Below are positions 27,401 to 40,721 of a stretch of 64,000 bases of DNA, piece by piece. The stretch lies in assembly GCA_951406725.2 (NCBI GenBank), contig OX597816.1, positions 107,942,001-108,006,000 of the forward strand. Reading direction: 5' to 3'. The DNA comes from Octopus vulgaris. Taxonomy: Eukaryota. A model generated the notes under the pieces. That model saw nothing but the letters and a program-made list of their open reading frames with translations. It was not told the DNA's origin and did no database searches. Each line of letters starts with the position of its first letter. Position 1 is the stretch's first letter. A program made the translations under genes and the position numbers.

Positions 27401-28244
27401 CAGTAGTTTTATTTTTATAGCGTGCTTTCACTTCACTACCGAGCACAGCTCTGTGTGCCTTGGGTATGTGCTGTGATTTGTTGTGATGCTCTGATGGTTA
27501 TTGTATGGAAAGTGTTCTGCGTAGGATGTGTGCAGTGCCTAGTAGTGCAATTTTCTGTATGTTATATGTGTTTGTAAGTCCTGGTGTTTTTGTTATGTAT
27601 TTGTCTGAATATTTTTTTATCATGCCTAATGCACCTACTATGATAGGAATTGTTTCTGTTTTCAGATTCCACATTCTAGTTACCTCTATTTCCAGGTCTT
27701 TGTATTTTGAGAGTTTCTCCATCTCTTTTAGAGACACGTTGTCATCAGCCGGTATTGATACATCAATTAGAAAGCATTTTTTTTCTTCATGATCTCTGAC
27801 AACTATATCTGGTCTGTTGGCCTTAATTTCTCTATCTGTGTGTATCGGCATATCCCAGAGTATGGTTGCTTTCTCGTTTTCTGTGACCTTTTCTGGTGTG
27901 TGCCTATACCATCTTTTTTCTGTTGTTATTCCATAATGTTGGCATAGCTTCCAATGTATGTAGGTTCCAACTCTGTCATGTCTGTGAATATATTCCTTCT
28001 TAGCCAAGACTGGGCAGCTAGAGATAATATGATTTATTGTTTCTTGTCCATCTCCACATATTCTGCAGTTACTTGTAATATTTCTTTTCATTACATGTTT
28101 TTGGTAATTTCTGGTGGGGAGGCTTTGGTCTTGTGCTGCAATTAAAAATCCCTCTGTTTCTGCTTTGAGTCCTGAGCTTCTCAACCATTGCTGGGATTTT
28201 TCTTTGTCTATTTCTTTTGCGTTTAGTTTAGTCCAGTATTTACC
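27401..28244 (-). mobile_element. R4/Dong-clade LINE, 5'-truncated, inserted in (TAA)n
   Basis: Open C-terminal ORF and 97-nt 3'UTR, with TAA repeats at both ends (27384-27400 and 28245-28330). Confidence 0.9.
27498..28244 (-). CDS. C-terminal CCHC zinc knuckle + restriction-like (PD..D..K) endonuclease of an R4/Dong ORF (truncated, open)
   Basis: ETEGFLIAAQDQ, CRICG...ETINHIISSC, RHDRV, NRPDIVV...LIDVSIP...EKLSKY, PIIVGALG. The frame stays open up to the truncation at 28244. Confidence 0.9.
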   Translation of the reverse strand, partial: GKYWTKLNAKEIDKEKSQQWLRSSGLKAETEGFLIAAQDQSLPTRNYQKHVMKRNITSNCRICGDGQETINHIISSCPVLAKKEYIHRHDRVGTYIHWKLCQHYGITTEKRWYRHTPEKVTENEKATILWDMPIHTDREIKANRPDIVVRDHEEKKCFLIDVSIPADDNVSLKEMEKLSKYKDLEIEVTRMWNLKTETIPIIVGALGMIKKYSDKYITKTPGLTNTYNIQKIALLGTAHILRRTLSIQ

Positions 28245-28260
28245 ATTATTATTATTATTA

Positions 28261-28316
<56 letters not shown>

Positions 28317-29616
28317 ATTATTATTATTATTACCACTGATATCACTGATATTATTGTTTTTATATGTAGTAGCAGCAGTGGTGGCAGCAACAGCAACAGT
28401 AGCAGGGATGAGAGTAGGAGTAAAGGTGGTAGTTGGGATTCAGATTCCTGTGATATCAGAGTAGTAGTAGTTGTAGTCTTAGCAGCTGCAGCATATTATT
28501 TTTATTTTTATCATTATCGCCATCACCACCGCTATTATCATTATTACTATTTCTATTTATTATTAAAAGATTTTATTAAATGTTCTTTATTTTCAACTTT
28601 TGTCTTGTACTTGAGATAATCATGAATATGTGGTTCTTGAAGGAAACAGTTGGGTAGCAACTTGGTGAATAAATTAAATTCTACAGGTCTATAAATAGAT
28701 TCGGCAGATAGTGAGGTGGTCAGCCATAGAGACAAAAGAATCTTCGTATCCTTTGAGTCATCAGAGGTCAAATGTGTTTACTGGCCCTGAAAAGAAGCAA
28801 TTCAACCTGTTCTATTTGTAATTGCTGGTAGAAAAAACAATAATAATAATAATGATAAAAAATAACAAGCTACATTTCTTTCGACTTTACATTCTGAGTT
28901 GAAATTCCGCCGAGATTGACTGTGCTTTTGCCCTTTTCAGGTTCCATAAATCAAGTGCTAGTTAAGCATTGTGGACGATATTATCTTCTATGCCACTCCT
29001 TCAAAGTTTCACACCTTGTGCCAATAATAGAGAGAATCATTATTATTATATTGTGCTAAAGCTATCTTCGAGATAGCTCAATAAATGTTGAATTTGACGA
29101 TGTATGTGATGAAAAAATATTTTTATTGACATTGAACATCTGGAATTTTTACGTACATTTCTAGGGGCGAGGTGAAGAAAAATGTCTTTTAGACAATAAG
29201 TGCTTTTAAAAAATGTTGTTTACTAGTTATTCAAGATAAGTTCTGCAGAAACAGTAAGAAGTGCTAGCTTCAAGCGTCGTAGATGATGAACGAATAATGA
29301 TAAAGATCTGAAAATATTGTGACAAAGTTCCAAAGAAAAAGCATACAAAAGAAAATAAGAATACGATTGAACAAGTGGACACAGCACATACTTTAACAAA
29401 GTTATAAAAAATTCTCGAAACATTCTTAGTAAGAGAAATAGTTTGCAATAATTGCGAATCGGAGAGGTGATCGATATTAGTCGTTCTCCAAATAATAACT
29501 AGTTGGGTGAGATTTGGAATTTAGATAAACATGGAAGTTCTCACGAACTCTGAAGACCGCAAACTATCTTGCAGTTGTATCCATTGCGTGATAAAAAGAA
29601 GTCAAGTAGGCGATTC

Positions 29617-30243
29617 ACGTCTGCATTCACAGTTTTGAATCAGGATAAAACCGTCAGGGTCTCTGCTCAGAGAGGCTGGGAAACAAAAGAAGAGTGAAAG
29701 TAATAGTAAAACGCCAAAGTACCAGCAACAGCAGTAGACCATAGAAACTAGTGTTTGCAGACCACCACCTGTCATGGCTCTGAGGATAGTGCTAAAAAAC
29801 ATCTCGTCGTGAGGGCCAAGATAACGACTCGAAATTTGTGAGCTCTCATCGTAGTACTCTCACTCCAAAATCTTGAAACATTGGCGCGGAGAAGGAGACT
29901 CGAAAAAATAACAGACTTGCTTAGTAACCCACCTTCAAAAGAAAAAAAACATAATATAGGAAGTACGATTTCCAAGAGTTTAAGAAAGATACACTGGATA
30001 AGCTTATATTCCACTCTAACGGCGTGAAATTCATAGTACTTTGAGTTGACAATGAAGAAATTATAGATCATATGAACCACTAAAGGGGTGAGGCTTTGGA
30101 TGATGGGATGAGATTTTGTGGAAAACGTATATGGTAACGTATAGATGGAAACTGAACTAGCATATCTGTCAAGAACTACATTTGGACATACTCTGTAAAC
30201 GGTGGACGATTTTATCTTGATTCAAAACCGTGAATGCAGACGT
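29617..30243. mobile_element. TIR element (internally deleted Tc1-like / MITE)
   Basis: 39-bp imperfect inverted repeats at 29617-29655 (ACGTCTGCATTCACAGTTTTGAATCAGGATAAAACCGTC) and 30205-30243, with 3 mismatches. TA lies at the right end. Confidence 0.65.
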
Positions 30244-30362
30244 AAATTTTAGTAAAAACAAGTTTCAATGACAGGTGGCGACTTATGAATGTGTGGGCGG
30301 TTTTCTCTTTTTTTTTTGATATTCACATACACACACACACACACATGTATATATATATATAC

Positions 30363-30431
<69 letters not shown>

Positions 30432-30589
30432 TGTATCATAAGGGAAGTATTACTCACTCTATTTTCGGTTACATATGCCGGTTAAATTATGTTGGAATTT
30501 CGTCAGCTTTGTGACTTGTCAGCCGAGTCCTCAGTTGGGGTGCTTACATTGGGCTATTTGATTCTTTGATTCCCACTCTCATATCTTAA

Positions 30590-30624
30590 CTTACATATAT
30601 ATATATATATTATCATCATCAGTA

Positions 30625-30665
<41 letters not shown>

Positions 30666-30750
30666 GTAGTTATTATTATTATTGCTATTATCATTCTTCT
30701 TCTTCTTCTTATTGTTGTTATTATTATTATTGTTATTGTTATTATTATTA

Positions 30751-30805
<55 letters not shown>
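30590..30805. repeat. compound (TA)/(ATT)n microsatellite
   Basis: Read directly. Confidence 0.95.
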
Positions 30806-31203
30806 CACACTGCAGAGTGCTGGAAATAGAATTAAATAGCATCAAAATACTGAAACATTAATCAATTTGATGAAGGAAATAAAAATATTAAATGAAATAG
30901 AATATTTATAATATATTGGGAATCACGTCTTGTTAGTTGGTCATATACACGTGCTAAATTATCAGAGACTATAAAATTCTTCGAAATATTATCACAGTTG
31001 ATTGAATCTAATTGTCTCCTTTCCATTTTAAATAGTTACCATAGTGATAATGAAATTAAATGTCTTCGAGCATATTTCCATACAATCTATCAAAGTCTTT
31101 CCCAGGTAAAAATTAATCAAATACGTTTTATATCAAACTTGACGTTCAGAAAAGACAATTACTTATCAAAGTCTCTTTTATTCTATCAATTCCTTTTGAT
31201 TAT

Positions 31204-31324
31204 TTCTTCTTCTTCTTCTTCTTCTTCTTCTTCTTCTTCTTCTTCTTCTTCTTCTTCTTCTTCTTCTTCTTCTTCTTCTTCTTCTTCTTCTTCTTCTTCT
31301 TCTTCTTCTTCTTCTTCTTCTTCA
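31204..31324. repeat. (TTC)n microsatellite, ~40 units
   Basis: Read directly. Confidence 0.97.
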
Positions 31325-33109
31325 TGCATTTGTCGTTGTTAACGTTGTTCCTTTTTTTTACGAAATCATTATAAGAATCTAAGAAACGATTCTTAAAATT
31401 AATTTGGTAGAATTATGAGAGCATCAGATAAAATATCTTTCAGCATTAAATTACGGCCGATCACGTTCTGTGTTCATATCATACAGAAGTTAACAGGCCT
31501 TGTAATCCTTGCAACCTAAATGAATAACCGTGCGCCCGAAAATATGTGACCTATTGCCTGTTAGAAACTATTTTGATTACATTCTGTTTTAGATTTTACC
31601 CTGACAAGGTGTACTACATAAAGCTATCCATTTCTAATTTAGCGTTTTGTGATTTTTCACTCGAAAGCCTTGAGAACTGGTCAACAAAAAGCAAGAAAAT
31701 AGTCAAAAATAATGTAAAACAATGCCTTAACGTTTTGCAACAAAATGGAAGTAACAGAAAACTTTATACAAATCAGCACACACATGTATGGTGAAACACT
31801 TCGAAAATAAAAATGAGATATTCTTCACTGAGAATAAGGTATGTAAATTAAATACCAAAATATTTTATAGGGATATTAAGAAGTAACAATAAAACTGGAC
31901 GAGATCAACGGGAATCAAGCATGATTAAGAGGGGGTAACTGGAATAAAAACATTTAAGCGGTACAAAGCACAATGGATGAAAAGAGAACAAAATGGTTGT
32001 AATAATAGCACAAACATGCATTACCATGGCTGATAAGAACTCCAAGCAACCAGTAATCCCATAGGATTGAAAAAATCTCTAGCATCTGGCCAGTATCCAT
32101 GGGAATGGAGCGGTAATGTTTAAACGGGTAAGCCGACAAGAGTCAACACTTGCTTGACTATTTAAGAAAAAAGCAACATGAAAACAAAGGAGCCACAGAT
32201 GAAACAAGTATATAACAACCGCTTACAAAACCTTTATAATCGCACTCTAAAACAGTTAGACTATTCATGATAGAACTACATTCTCTAACGTAATCATATA
32301 AATCACTACAAAGGCAGCTGTAGTCCATACTAGAATACCTTTAATAAACATGTTTGCTCAATCAAGGCTGCCCTTGTGGTACAGTAGCAGCAGCAACAAC
32401 AGCAACAACACTTCCATCGATATTATTGTCTTCTTATACTTCACTACTAGAACTACGACGCGATAATAATCCTCAACTTTCCTCTGATCCCTTGCTCACC
32501 ATCCCAGATCATATTACTCCATAAAATATATAGAAAATTCCGGATCTTTTCTCTTACTGCCAGCAGTTTTTGAAATTATAGAATTAAGTGACAATTTTCA
32601 AATTGGATATATTGATGTTATTTTTCACGCTGAATATAATTGTTATTCATGTATTCCAGAAAACCCTCAGAAAATATTATAGAGGTTTAACGTTTGGTTA
32701 TTTTAACTTAATCAGAAAACAGGATTTAGAAGCAGGCATTTTCTGCCAGATAGCTGTCTATCACAACAGTATCACAGACACACTTTTATTAAACAAAATG
32801 ACAGCAATATATTACGACGAAGAAGGTTGTAAAAGGTTTTTAAGTTTTAATAAGTTTAAATGAATAAAGTCATATGAAACGTTAAAACAGGCAAATACTC
32901 AATGAATTGTTTTTGCGAATAATTGGAAAAGAAAACTGTACGTGAAATTACAAAAAGCAAATTTATACATAATACTACTGTAGTTTAGTTCATGTAAGCA
33001 GTACATTTTCTCTAGTGAAAATTCAGAAACGAAAGTCTGGCACACTAGGATTAAAGATATTTCTTCGATATGAGGTTCAGTATTAGAATCATAGTTTAGC
33101 AATAATGTG

Positions 33110-33335
33110 AGGGTTTACGGTTAAAATTACGGCTTAGGGTTAGCTTTTAGGGTTAGAATTAGGAGTTGGGGTTTAAGTTTTAGAATTAGAATGAGGGTTT
33201 AGTGTTGGGGTCTAGGGTTAGAATTAGGGTTTAGGATGAGAGTTTGGATTTAGGGTTGAGGTTTAGAGTTCAGATTTAAAGTTAAGGTTTAAGATTAGAA
33301 TTAGGGTCTAGGGTGTAAGTTTAGGCTTAGAATCA
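33110..33335 (+). repeat. degenerate interstitial (TTAGGG)n-like tract
   Basis: Multiple TTAGGG/TTTAGG/TTAGAA hexamer variants. Confidence 0.7.
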
Positions 33336-34387
33336 TGGTTTTGCGGAAAATTGCAAAAGGAAACTGTACGTTATACTCTAGTAAAAGTTCAGTTCGTGTA
33401 AACAATTAATACGTTTTGGTAGCAAAAATTCAAAAACGAGAGTTCAGAAAACAGGTACTCGTCAAAGAAAATAGTTTAAAGAAATTACACGTAATGATTG
33501 TAGTAGTTTTAAGCAGACAATAGCTTGGTTTGTTAATATGGAAACAGGTACCAATGTGTCTGTGGCTTTCGATTAACTAAAATTACCCTAAATTTGCAAA
33601 GCTTAAAAGCTATTAACTTTTTTATTTACTAGTTTATGGCAAAAATAAATTTCATTTTCATAATTAGTATACAAAAATATATCAGTACCCTAAATTTGAA
33701 AAAAATTAGAAGAAACTTTAGAAAATTTATAACAGAGAGCAACAGAAAATATCTAAAATTCATCTCTAAGGCAGTTTGGTGAACAGTTTCAATGTTTAAC
33801 AGAGTAATACTTTACAGAATTTCCAATCTTAAAAACATAGATACCGCATTATGACGAAGAAATTATAATCTCTCTAAGTATCTAAGTTATATAGTCTCAC
33901 TTATTTTTGAACTTAATAAAATAATTCATGAAAGTTTTCTATATCGGTCACAATATAAAAAAGCAAAACATATCATATATTATATCTTTATATGTTAAAG
34001 GAACAATGCCAAACGCTGCCTGATCTTTCAGACGTATAGAGAAATACTGAAACTCTTAGATGTAGAGACTTTTATTTTTTAAACTTTGGAACATATACTT
34101 CTAAAATACCAAGATTAAATATACAAAGATATTAGGGATGTAGTGTGTGTGTGTGTATGTGTGTGGCGTGGAGGCGTGTGGCTTAGTGGTTAGGCTGTTG
34201 GACTCATGATCGTAAGATTGTGGTTTCGATTCCTGGACCGGACGACGCGTTGTAACCTTCTGCCAAAGAAACACGCAGAGGATCCTCATTTAAAGAGAAT
34301 ATCGGAATATAAGTAAATAATAACTATTAAATGAGAAGCAAATTTAATGTTAATTGAACGCTCGACGCATCATCAGCAGATATTATA

Positions 34388-34612
34388 CTGGCTTCAAATT
34401 TTGGCACAAGGCGAGGAAGTTTTGGGGAGGATAAGTCAATTACATCACCACCCCCCCATTCCTCAGTTTTCAACTGGACGTCTTTTATCAACCCCGAAAC
34501 GATGAAAGGTAAAGTTGATCTCGGTGGAATTTGAATTCAGAACTTAAAGACAGACGAAATGCTGCTAAGTGATTTTTTTCTAGCGTGCTGCCTTGCTAGC
34601 TCGTTGCCTTAT
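34388..34612 (-). mobile_element. Meta-like SINE (diverged), followed by a second fragment at 34630-34735
   Basis: GATGAAAGGTAAAGTTGATCTCGGTGGAATTTGAATTCAGAAC; TTCAAATTTTGGCACAAGG terminus. Confidence 0.7.
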
Positions 34613-34739
34613 CGATAGATATTATATTGATTTCAAATTTTGGCGCAAGGCCAACCAGTTTTGGGGTGGAGTAAGTCGATTACATAGTTCCCAATGTCTA
34701 ATTGGTACTTATTTTGTCTACTTCGAAAGGATGAAGTTT

Positions 34740-35997
34740 TTGAAGTAGGCTCAATGGAAAAGACAAGATCGGTGCAATGAACACATGGGCTGTTTCCTTT
34801 ATGCGTTATGGCGCAGGTGTTGTTACGTGGACAAAGAACAAGCTTCAGGAAATGGACAGGAAAACCAAGAACTACACCCCAAAAGCGATATTGAAAGACT
34901 GTATGTGCCCAGGAACAAGGGAGGGAAGAGGCCTCATTAGGTGCAACATCTGTATTGTCAATGAGAAGAACAGTCTGGGATGGTACATCAAACAGCAGAG
35001 TGAAGCCTTGCTTGCCGCTGTTAGAATTAACAATACAATACCTACCGAAAAAGTAATGCACCCACAAACAAGATGAAGAAGAAAGAGTAAGCAATTAGAA
35101 AGCGAAATCACAGCATGGTAATAATTTTGAGAAATCGAAGGAAAAAATAAGATCAACACTTGGAGTTGGCTAAGAAGAAGTCATTTGAAAGGATGCACTG
35201 AGGTATTGATATGCAGCGCTCAATAATAAGCCCTGAGAACTAATTACACCAAGCTCCAAACGGATAAGAGTAGCGAATCGCCCCTTTGTAGGATGTGTGG
35301 CATCAGAAACAAAACAATCTCACTCACATACTGTGAGTGAGTGTAGCAAGCTGGCCCAAAAGCACTATAAACGAGGTCATGCTAACGTGGCTAGGTTCGT
35401 CCACTGGAGGCTATGTAAAAAGTACGGCCTGAACAGAGCACGGAAATGGTACGAGCATAAACCAGAAGGAGTCACCAATAACAAAGAATATAATATACTG
35501 TGGGATTTGACAATCCAGTGTGACTCCCTGATCGATACTCGGAGACCAGATATTGTTGCAGTAGATAAAGGTAAAAAAGGAAACCAAGGCAATATATATT
35601 GCAATACCTGGCGATGCACGCATAAGTGACTAAGAACTAAAAAAGATTAAAAAATACAGACTACCAAAGACAAAATCGCAAGACTGTGGACTATAAGGAG
35701 AGTATCTCTCATTTCAGTAGTTGCTAGGCCATTAGGAACACTAACAACCAAGTTCGAGAAATATGTCGAAGAAATCGGAATTAACATGAGAGCAGAGCAA
35801 GCCCGAAAAAAAACACTCTGCTTTGGACAACTAGGATTCTTAGATTGGTACTTGGCTATTGAATGTTTTCTACGGTAATAAACAACCAATTATCAAAGCT
35901 TATAATGTGCGAAAAGTAACTCTGTGAGACCTCTGGCAGCAGGTTGCTGTCCGCGCTCATAGAATCTACCAGAACAACCGACCGTTCTGAGAAGTAA
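34740..35997 (+). pseudogene. degenerate R4/Dong LINE (post-RT region, CCHC, REL), ending in (AAT)n
   Basis: NTWAVSFMRYGAGVVTW...MDRKT, EGRGLI, CRMCG, VSECSKLAQKHYKRGHANVAR, ILWDLTIQCD...RRPDIV, with stops and frameshifts. (AAT/GAT)n starts at 36001. Confidence 0.82.
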
Positions 35998-36062
35998 TAC
36001 AATAATAATAATGATAATAATAATAATAATGATAATAATAATAATAATGATAATAATAATGA

Positions 36063-36101
<39 letters not shown>

Positions 36102-39100
36102 CAACTCTCTCACCAGAAAATGTTTTGAACATCTTGTTTGAAGAAATAAAAATGAAAATTGTGGACGTCAAGTTAAAAATATCGACGGTTCAGTGCACAA
36201 ATAAACTCTCACAAACAAGTACAGAAAATATAAAGAAGGCAATAAAACAACTTAGCAATTTCCCTTCAAATCAAGCGATGAAATACATAGAACTTATTTA
36301 CATCTCTTGTATTAGAATACTATATGTGCAATTTAGCCAAAAGGGAACATAAAGAAAAAATTAAACAGCTAATCCTAGTGAAAATATACAAAATAAATAT
36401 GTATAATAAACAACAGGGAAAAGATGTATTAGTTTTAACTAAACTATAAACAACTGTTTTCTAACCAACATATTTAAAGTTGATTATTATATCAAGTAAG
36501 GATGTGGAGCCAGAAATTTAAATCAAAGAATGGATTCGCGGTTAGAAATCTTTGCCAAACATTCTAAAAGTAGAACATCCAAAGAGCAAGAATTTGCACA
36601 GTACTTGAAGCAGCTCAAATTCCACAGAACGTCTTAGGGAAAACCAATTTCAAAAAAAAATTAAATCGCCATAATAGAATTCTTAAAAGAAAGATGTAGA
36701 GTGATGCATGGATTCAGTTATCAAAGTGTCTGACTTTGTATGTAGACCTACAGAAACCAATGTCTTTTATTAAAAAAATTCGACAACAGGGGCGCGTCAG
36801 ATTTTATGACACACTGAAGAGCCGCTTCTGGAGAAACTTCGAAGTCACAGCCCCCTCGCAGTTTCTTTAAATGAAATACTTAGATTCCGCATCCGTGTTG
36901 AATCCTTTGTCAGTTTGTGTTTCTTGTGATTGTAAACAGATTCTCCAAATATAAATATTTCTATCTTTTCTTTACATTGGACAGGTCGTGCTTTATCTTT
37001 TAATTAGCTGAGAAGGCTGATATCCTCAAGCCAGAAACTTGGTTCTAAGGCAACCAAGGTAGCAGGTGGGGGTATTCAACTGCACGACGTGCGAAATCAA
37101 AGTTGGCCGTAGCGGGGTTTGAACTCAGAACACAAAAAGCCACAACAAACACGACAAGGTATCCTGTTCAATTTTGATACAGTCGTGCCGCTCTATCGCT
37201 TTGGATTTGGATTTTGTTATTACGAAAATATGAAAGGTAACGTTGACATAAGCGGAATTTAACGAATTCCTCTTCTCTCATCTGCAACTTTAACAAAATA
37301 TATCAGATTATAAAAAAATGTTAGGCCCACTTTTGTATTAGTTTCAGTAGAGCTCACGTGTTATATTTGTTAGATAATTGTTAACTTTTTCACGATCGAG
37401 ATCATGATCTTGAACATTATCTAGAATATTATTATGGGCCAAAAGTGAGAGAAACCTCTCGTTAGTTTCATGATATGCCTAGAAATATCAACCAAGTCCC
37501 TGTTCACGACTTTCTTGCCTGAAAGAGGAAGAGGAACACACTGGACAATCGGGTCCAAGACAGTAAAGATACAGCTGGATCGATCGATTTTTGACCATAG
37601 TTATTCTTGATCACTGTTCACCTGATGCTAAACACCAAGATCTTCACCACCTCCACAACCATCACCACTTCCCCACCGCCTCTACTATCATCTTAATCAC
37701 CATTCTCATCCCTCTTCTCATCATCGTTATCATTATTATTATTTACGGTCGGTAGCGATATTATAAATTCCACATAAACAAATACCCCATGCAGCATTAT
37801 TCTACTGTCCGAGTTGAAATACTGCCAAATTTAATGTTTCTTCCCCTCTTCTATGTGTCTGATAGAATATGGTTTAAGAATGTTCTAAGGTTTACTCAAA
37901 CGACTGGAGCCCCTTCCCCTTCCTTCACATTCTGGTAAAGTTTATATCTTTGTGCTGACACTAGAAATCGTTATAGTGCAGTAATAAAGTGACAATATAA
38001 TTTAGAAACAGACTGGAACAATGAATGTTGTCAAAAACATAGAGAAACAAAACAAAGCCAACACAATAACAACAAATGCTAAAAATAATCAATATGTCTT
38101 ATGATTCTTGGAACCACGACTTAGATTTCTATCGATTATTGTCGTTATATTCTAATAATCTATTTTCTGATAAATTATTGTAATGTTATTTTCTTTTAGC
38201 TGTCCGAACCGCCTCTTTATTAATCCCTGTGAAGAGTTTCTGGCTTACACATTTATTATACGTACTTCTAAAGATTTCTTCATATCTTATAGTCACGCTT
38301 TAACAACACGGCGTGTAATCAATTGAGACATATGTACTCATACACATACAGACGCACATCGAGGAAGTCCGATCAAAATGGCTATGTTTTGCTTGTTAAG
38401 AACGAAACCAATATCGGTTGCACAATAGAATTATTTTACATGCACATTCGTCCCATCACGACCAAAAGTCGAAAACTGCTTATAATAGGAAATGCGACTG
38501 ACCGGCTCCCTATTTTGAATTCCTAATATATAAAGAGATCTCTCTTTTCTTTGTAATGAATATTATGTTTTCGATCATTCACATGACAAACTATCTTTCA
38601 TTCGTAGTAGATCAGTTTATAATATTTTCCGGGCGGGAGAAAAAAAATTTAGCTCAAAATACTAAAATACCATGCAGAATACTGAATTTTATGGAGTTTT
38701 AAGTTTCCACAGTGGTTTCCATAAAAGAAAAATCCTTTCTTGTATACTGAGACTGTTTTACAAAACAAGATGAAAGAGGAAAAAATATTGTGAATGACTC
38801 AAAACACTATATATAAATAAGTACATACATATACACCTACCTAGTCCTCGTATGTATACATATACACACATACACACATAGATATATGTGTGTGTGTGTG
38901 TGAGTGTCTATGTGAGTGTGCGTATCTATGTGTTTGTGCATGTTTATGTGCATGTTTCCCACCACCTCTTGATAACGTAGCGGTTTGGCAAAATATACCG
39001 ATACAATAAGCAACAGGCTTTAAAAATAAAGTAATGGGGTCGATTGGTTCGGCTAAAATTTCTTCTACGCGGTACCACATTATATTCAGGCAGCCTAGGT

Positions 39101-39442
39101 CTGTTGAGTAATCCGTTACAGGATATGCGGACTTCAAAATATAGCTACACCACACATGTATATATATATATCAATATGGATACCCTGGACCCATTTATTT
39201 GAGCTATATAAAAGGTAGCTCATATAAAGATATCAATATTTGGATGTTTGTTTGCTTGTGAGTCACATACAGGTATGCAGCAAATTCTTCAGCAATAATC
39301 AGTCGCTGAACCATCTCTACAAAACACCATGTCAAAAAAGAAAAGCTTCTGTACGCCATTTAAATTTATTTATCTTGTAAAGATATAAATATCTACATGA
39401 TTTCAGTTTTTGTTTCTCTTTCTCTATACATATTTACATAAG

Positions 39443-40330
39443 TATAATTAAGGGCTCTGGAATGCCAGCGCCTATACGCTCAAAGTAGATGTCAAATACC
39501 TACAATTCACTCTAAATTGGTTCTCTATTTATAACTCTAGGTCAGATGCGAGGCAATGGGCAAGAAGATTTACAAAATTTCGGATAATCCCAGCCAGATC
39601 TAAAGATTTCATGCCCTGCAATAGAAATTGCTTTGCAATCCTCAGTAGAAATTCACCGATAAACATAAACAAGAAATATATATACATACCGATAAATTTA
39701 TTCGTAGATACCAATATATACATGTATTTCCCGCGTATACATTCTATCTACTAGCGTATCTCCATGTGGTTAATGTCAGAAATTATACGGGGTAAATACA
39801 GTTCCGCAGTATAATGTAATGACTAGAGATATAATCATTAAAATGATTATATTCTTGGCTAACATATATAAAGTGATCGTATCGGTAAAATTAATTTTTA
39901 AGTATATAATTATAGAATATAATTATAATTAAGGGCTCTGGAATGCCAGCGCCTATACGTTAAAAGTAGATGTCGAATACCTAAAATCCACTCTAAATGC
40001 ATGTATATATTGCAATCTACGAATAGATTTATCGGTATCTATATGTATTTCTTGTTTATATGTTTATCGGTGTATTTCTACTGAGGATTTCTATTGCAGA
40101 GCATAAAATCTTAAAATACAGGACTATCCGAAATTTTGTAAAGCATCTTGCACATTGGCGTGCATCCGACCTAGAGTTATAAATAGAGAACTAATTTAGA
40201 GTGAATTGTAAGTACATCTACGTTTAGCGTATAGGCACTGGCATTTCAGAGCCCTTAATTATAATTATATTTTATAATTATATACTTAAAAATTAATTTA
40301 ACCGATACGACCACTTTCTATACGCTAGCT
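39443..40330. repeat. diverged direct + inverted repeat structure (A ... X-A' | rcA-rcX), PLE-pLTR-like
   Basis: A=39443-39729; X+partial A=39856-39998; reverse complement of A then X=39995-40330. Contains a degenerate hammerhead-like motif. Confidence 0.8.
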
Positions 40331-40479
40331 ATATCCATAAATTTATAAGTATATATTTATATGAATATATGCATGCATGTATATTCTATATATCAATCTC
40401 AAGCGTGTTTATCTGCATCACTATCTCTCTTTACACACACACATATGCACGCGCACCTGCATTTTGTTATCACCGCTAC

Positions 40480-40721
40480 TTTATTATCTCCCCTTCTTCC
40501 TAGCCCTCCTGTGTGAACCCTCTGTCCAGCATTCGCCATGATAGATCGCTAGTCATTACACATTCTTTATTTTCTCTCCTTGTTTCTTTCTGTGTTCCTT
40601 TCTGTGGAAGACCGTAGGCTCGAAACGTTAAAGACTTTTTCACTTCCCGAGCGTTAAACTAATACATCTGTTTGTTGTCTATAGCACTTTCCTTCGTCTT
40701 TTTTTGTGTGAATCCTCCCCA
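40480..40721 (+). mobile_element. probable Penelope-like pLTR fragment with degenerate hammerhead-like motif, ending at (TA)n
   Basis: CTTT-CTGTGGAA-GACC-GTAG-GCTC-GAAA-CGTTAAAG at 40598-40633 resembles a mutated PLE-type CTGANGA(A)..GAAACGT motif. Left boundary approximate. Confidence 0.45.

Noticed and set aside
30554-31342. Poly-I/N/S ORFs (also poly-L/T/R at 28.2, 36.0 and 62.0 kb)
   Set aside because: Translations of trinucleotide microsatellites.
31860-32250. Possible highly decayed Dong N-terminal fragment
   Set aside because: Only vague peptide resemblance; not supportable without an alignment.
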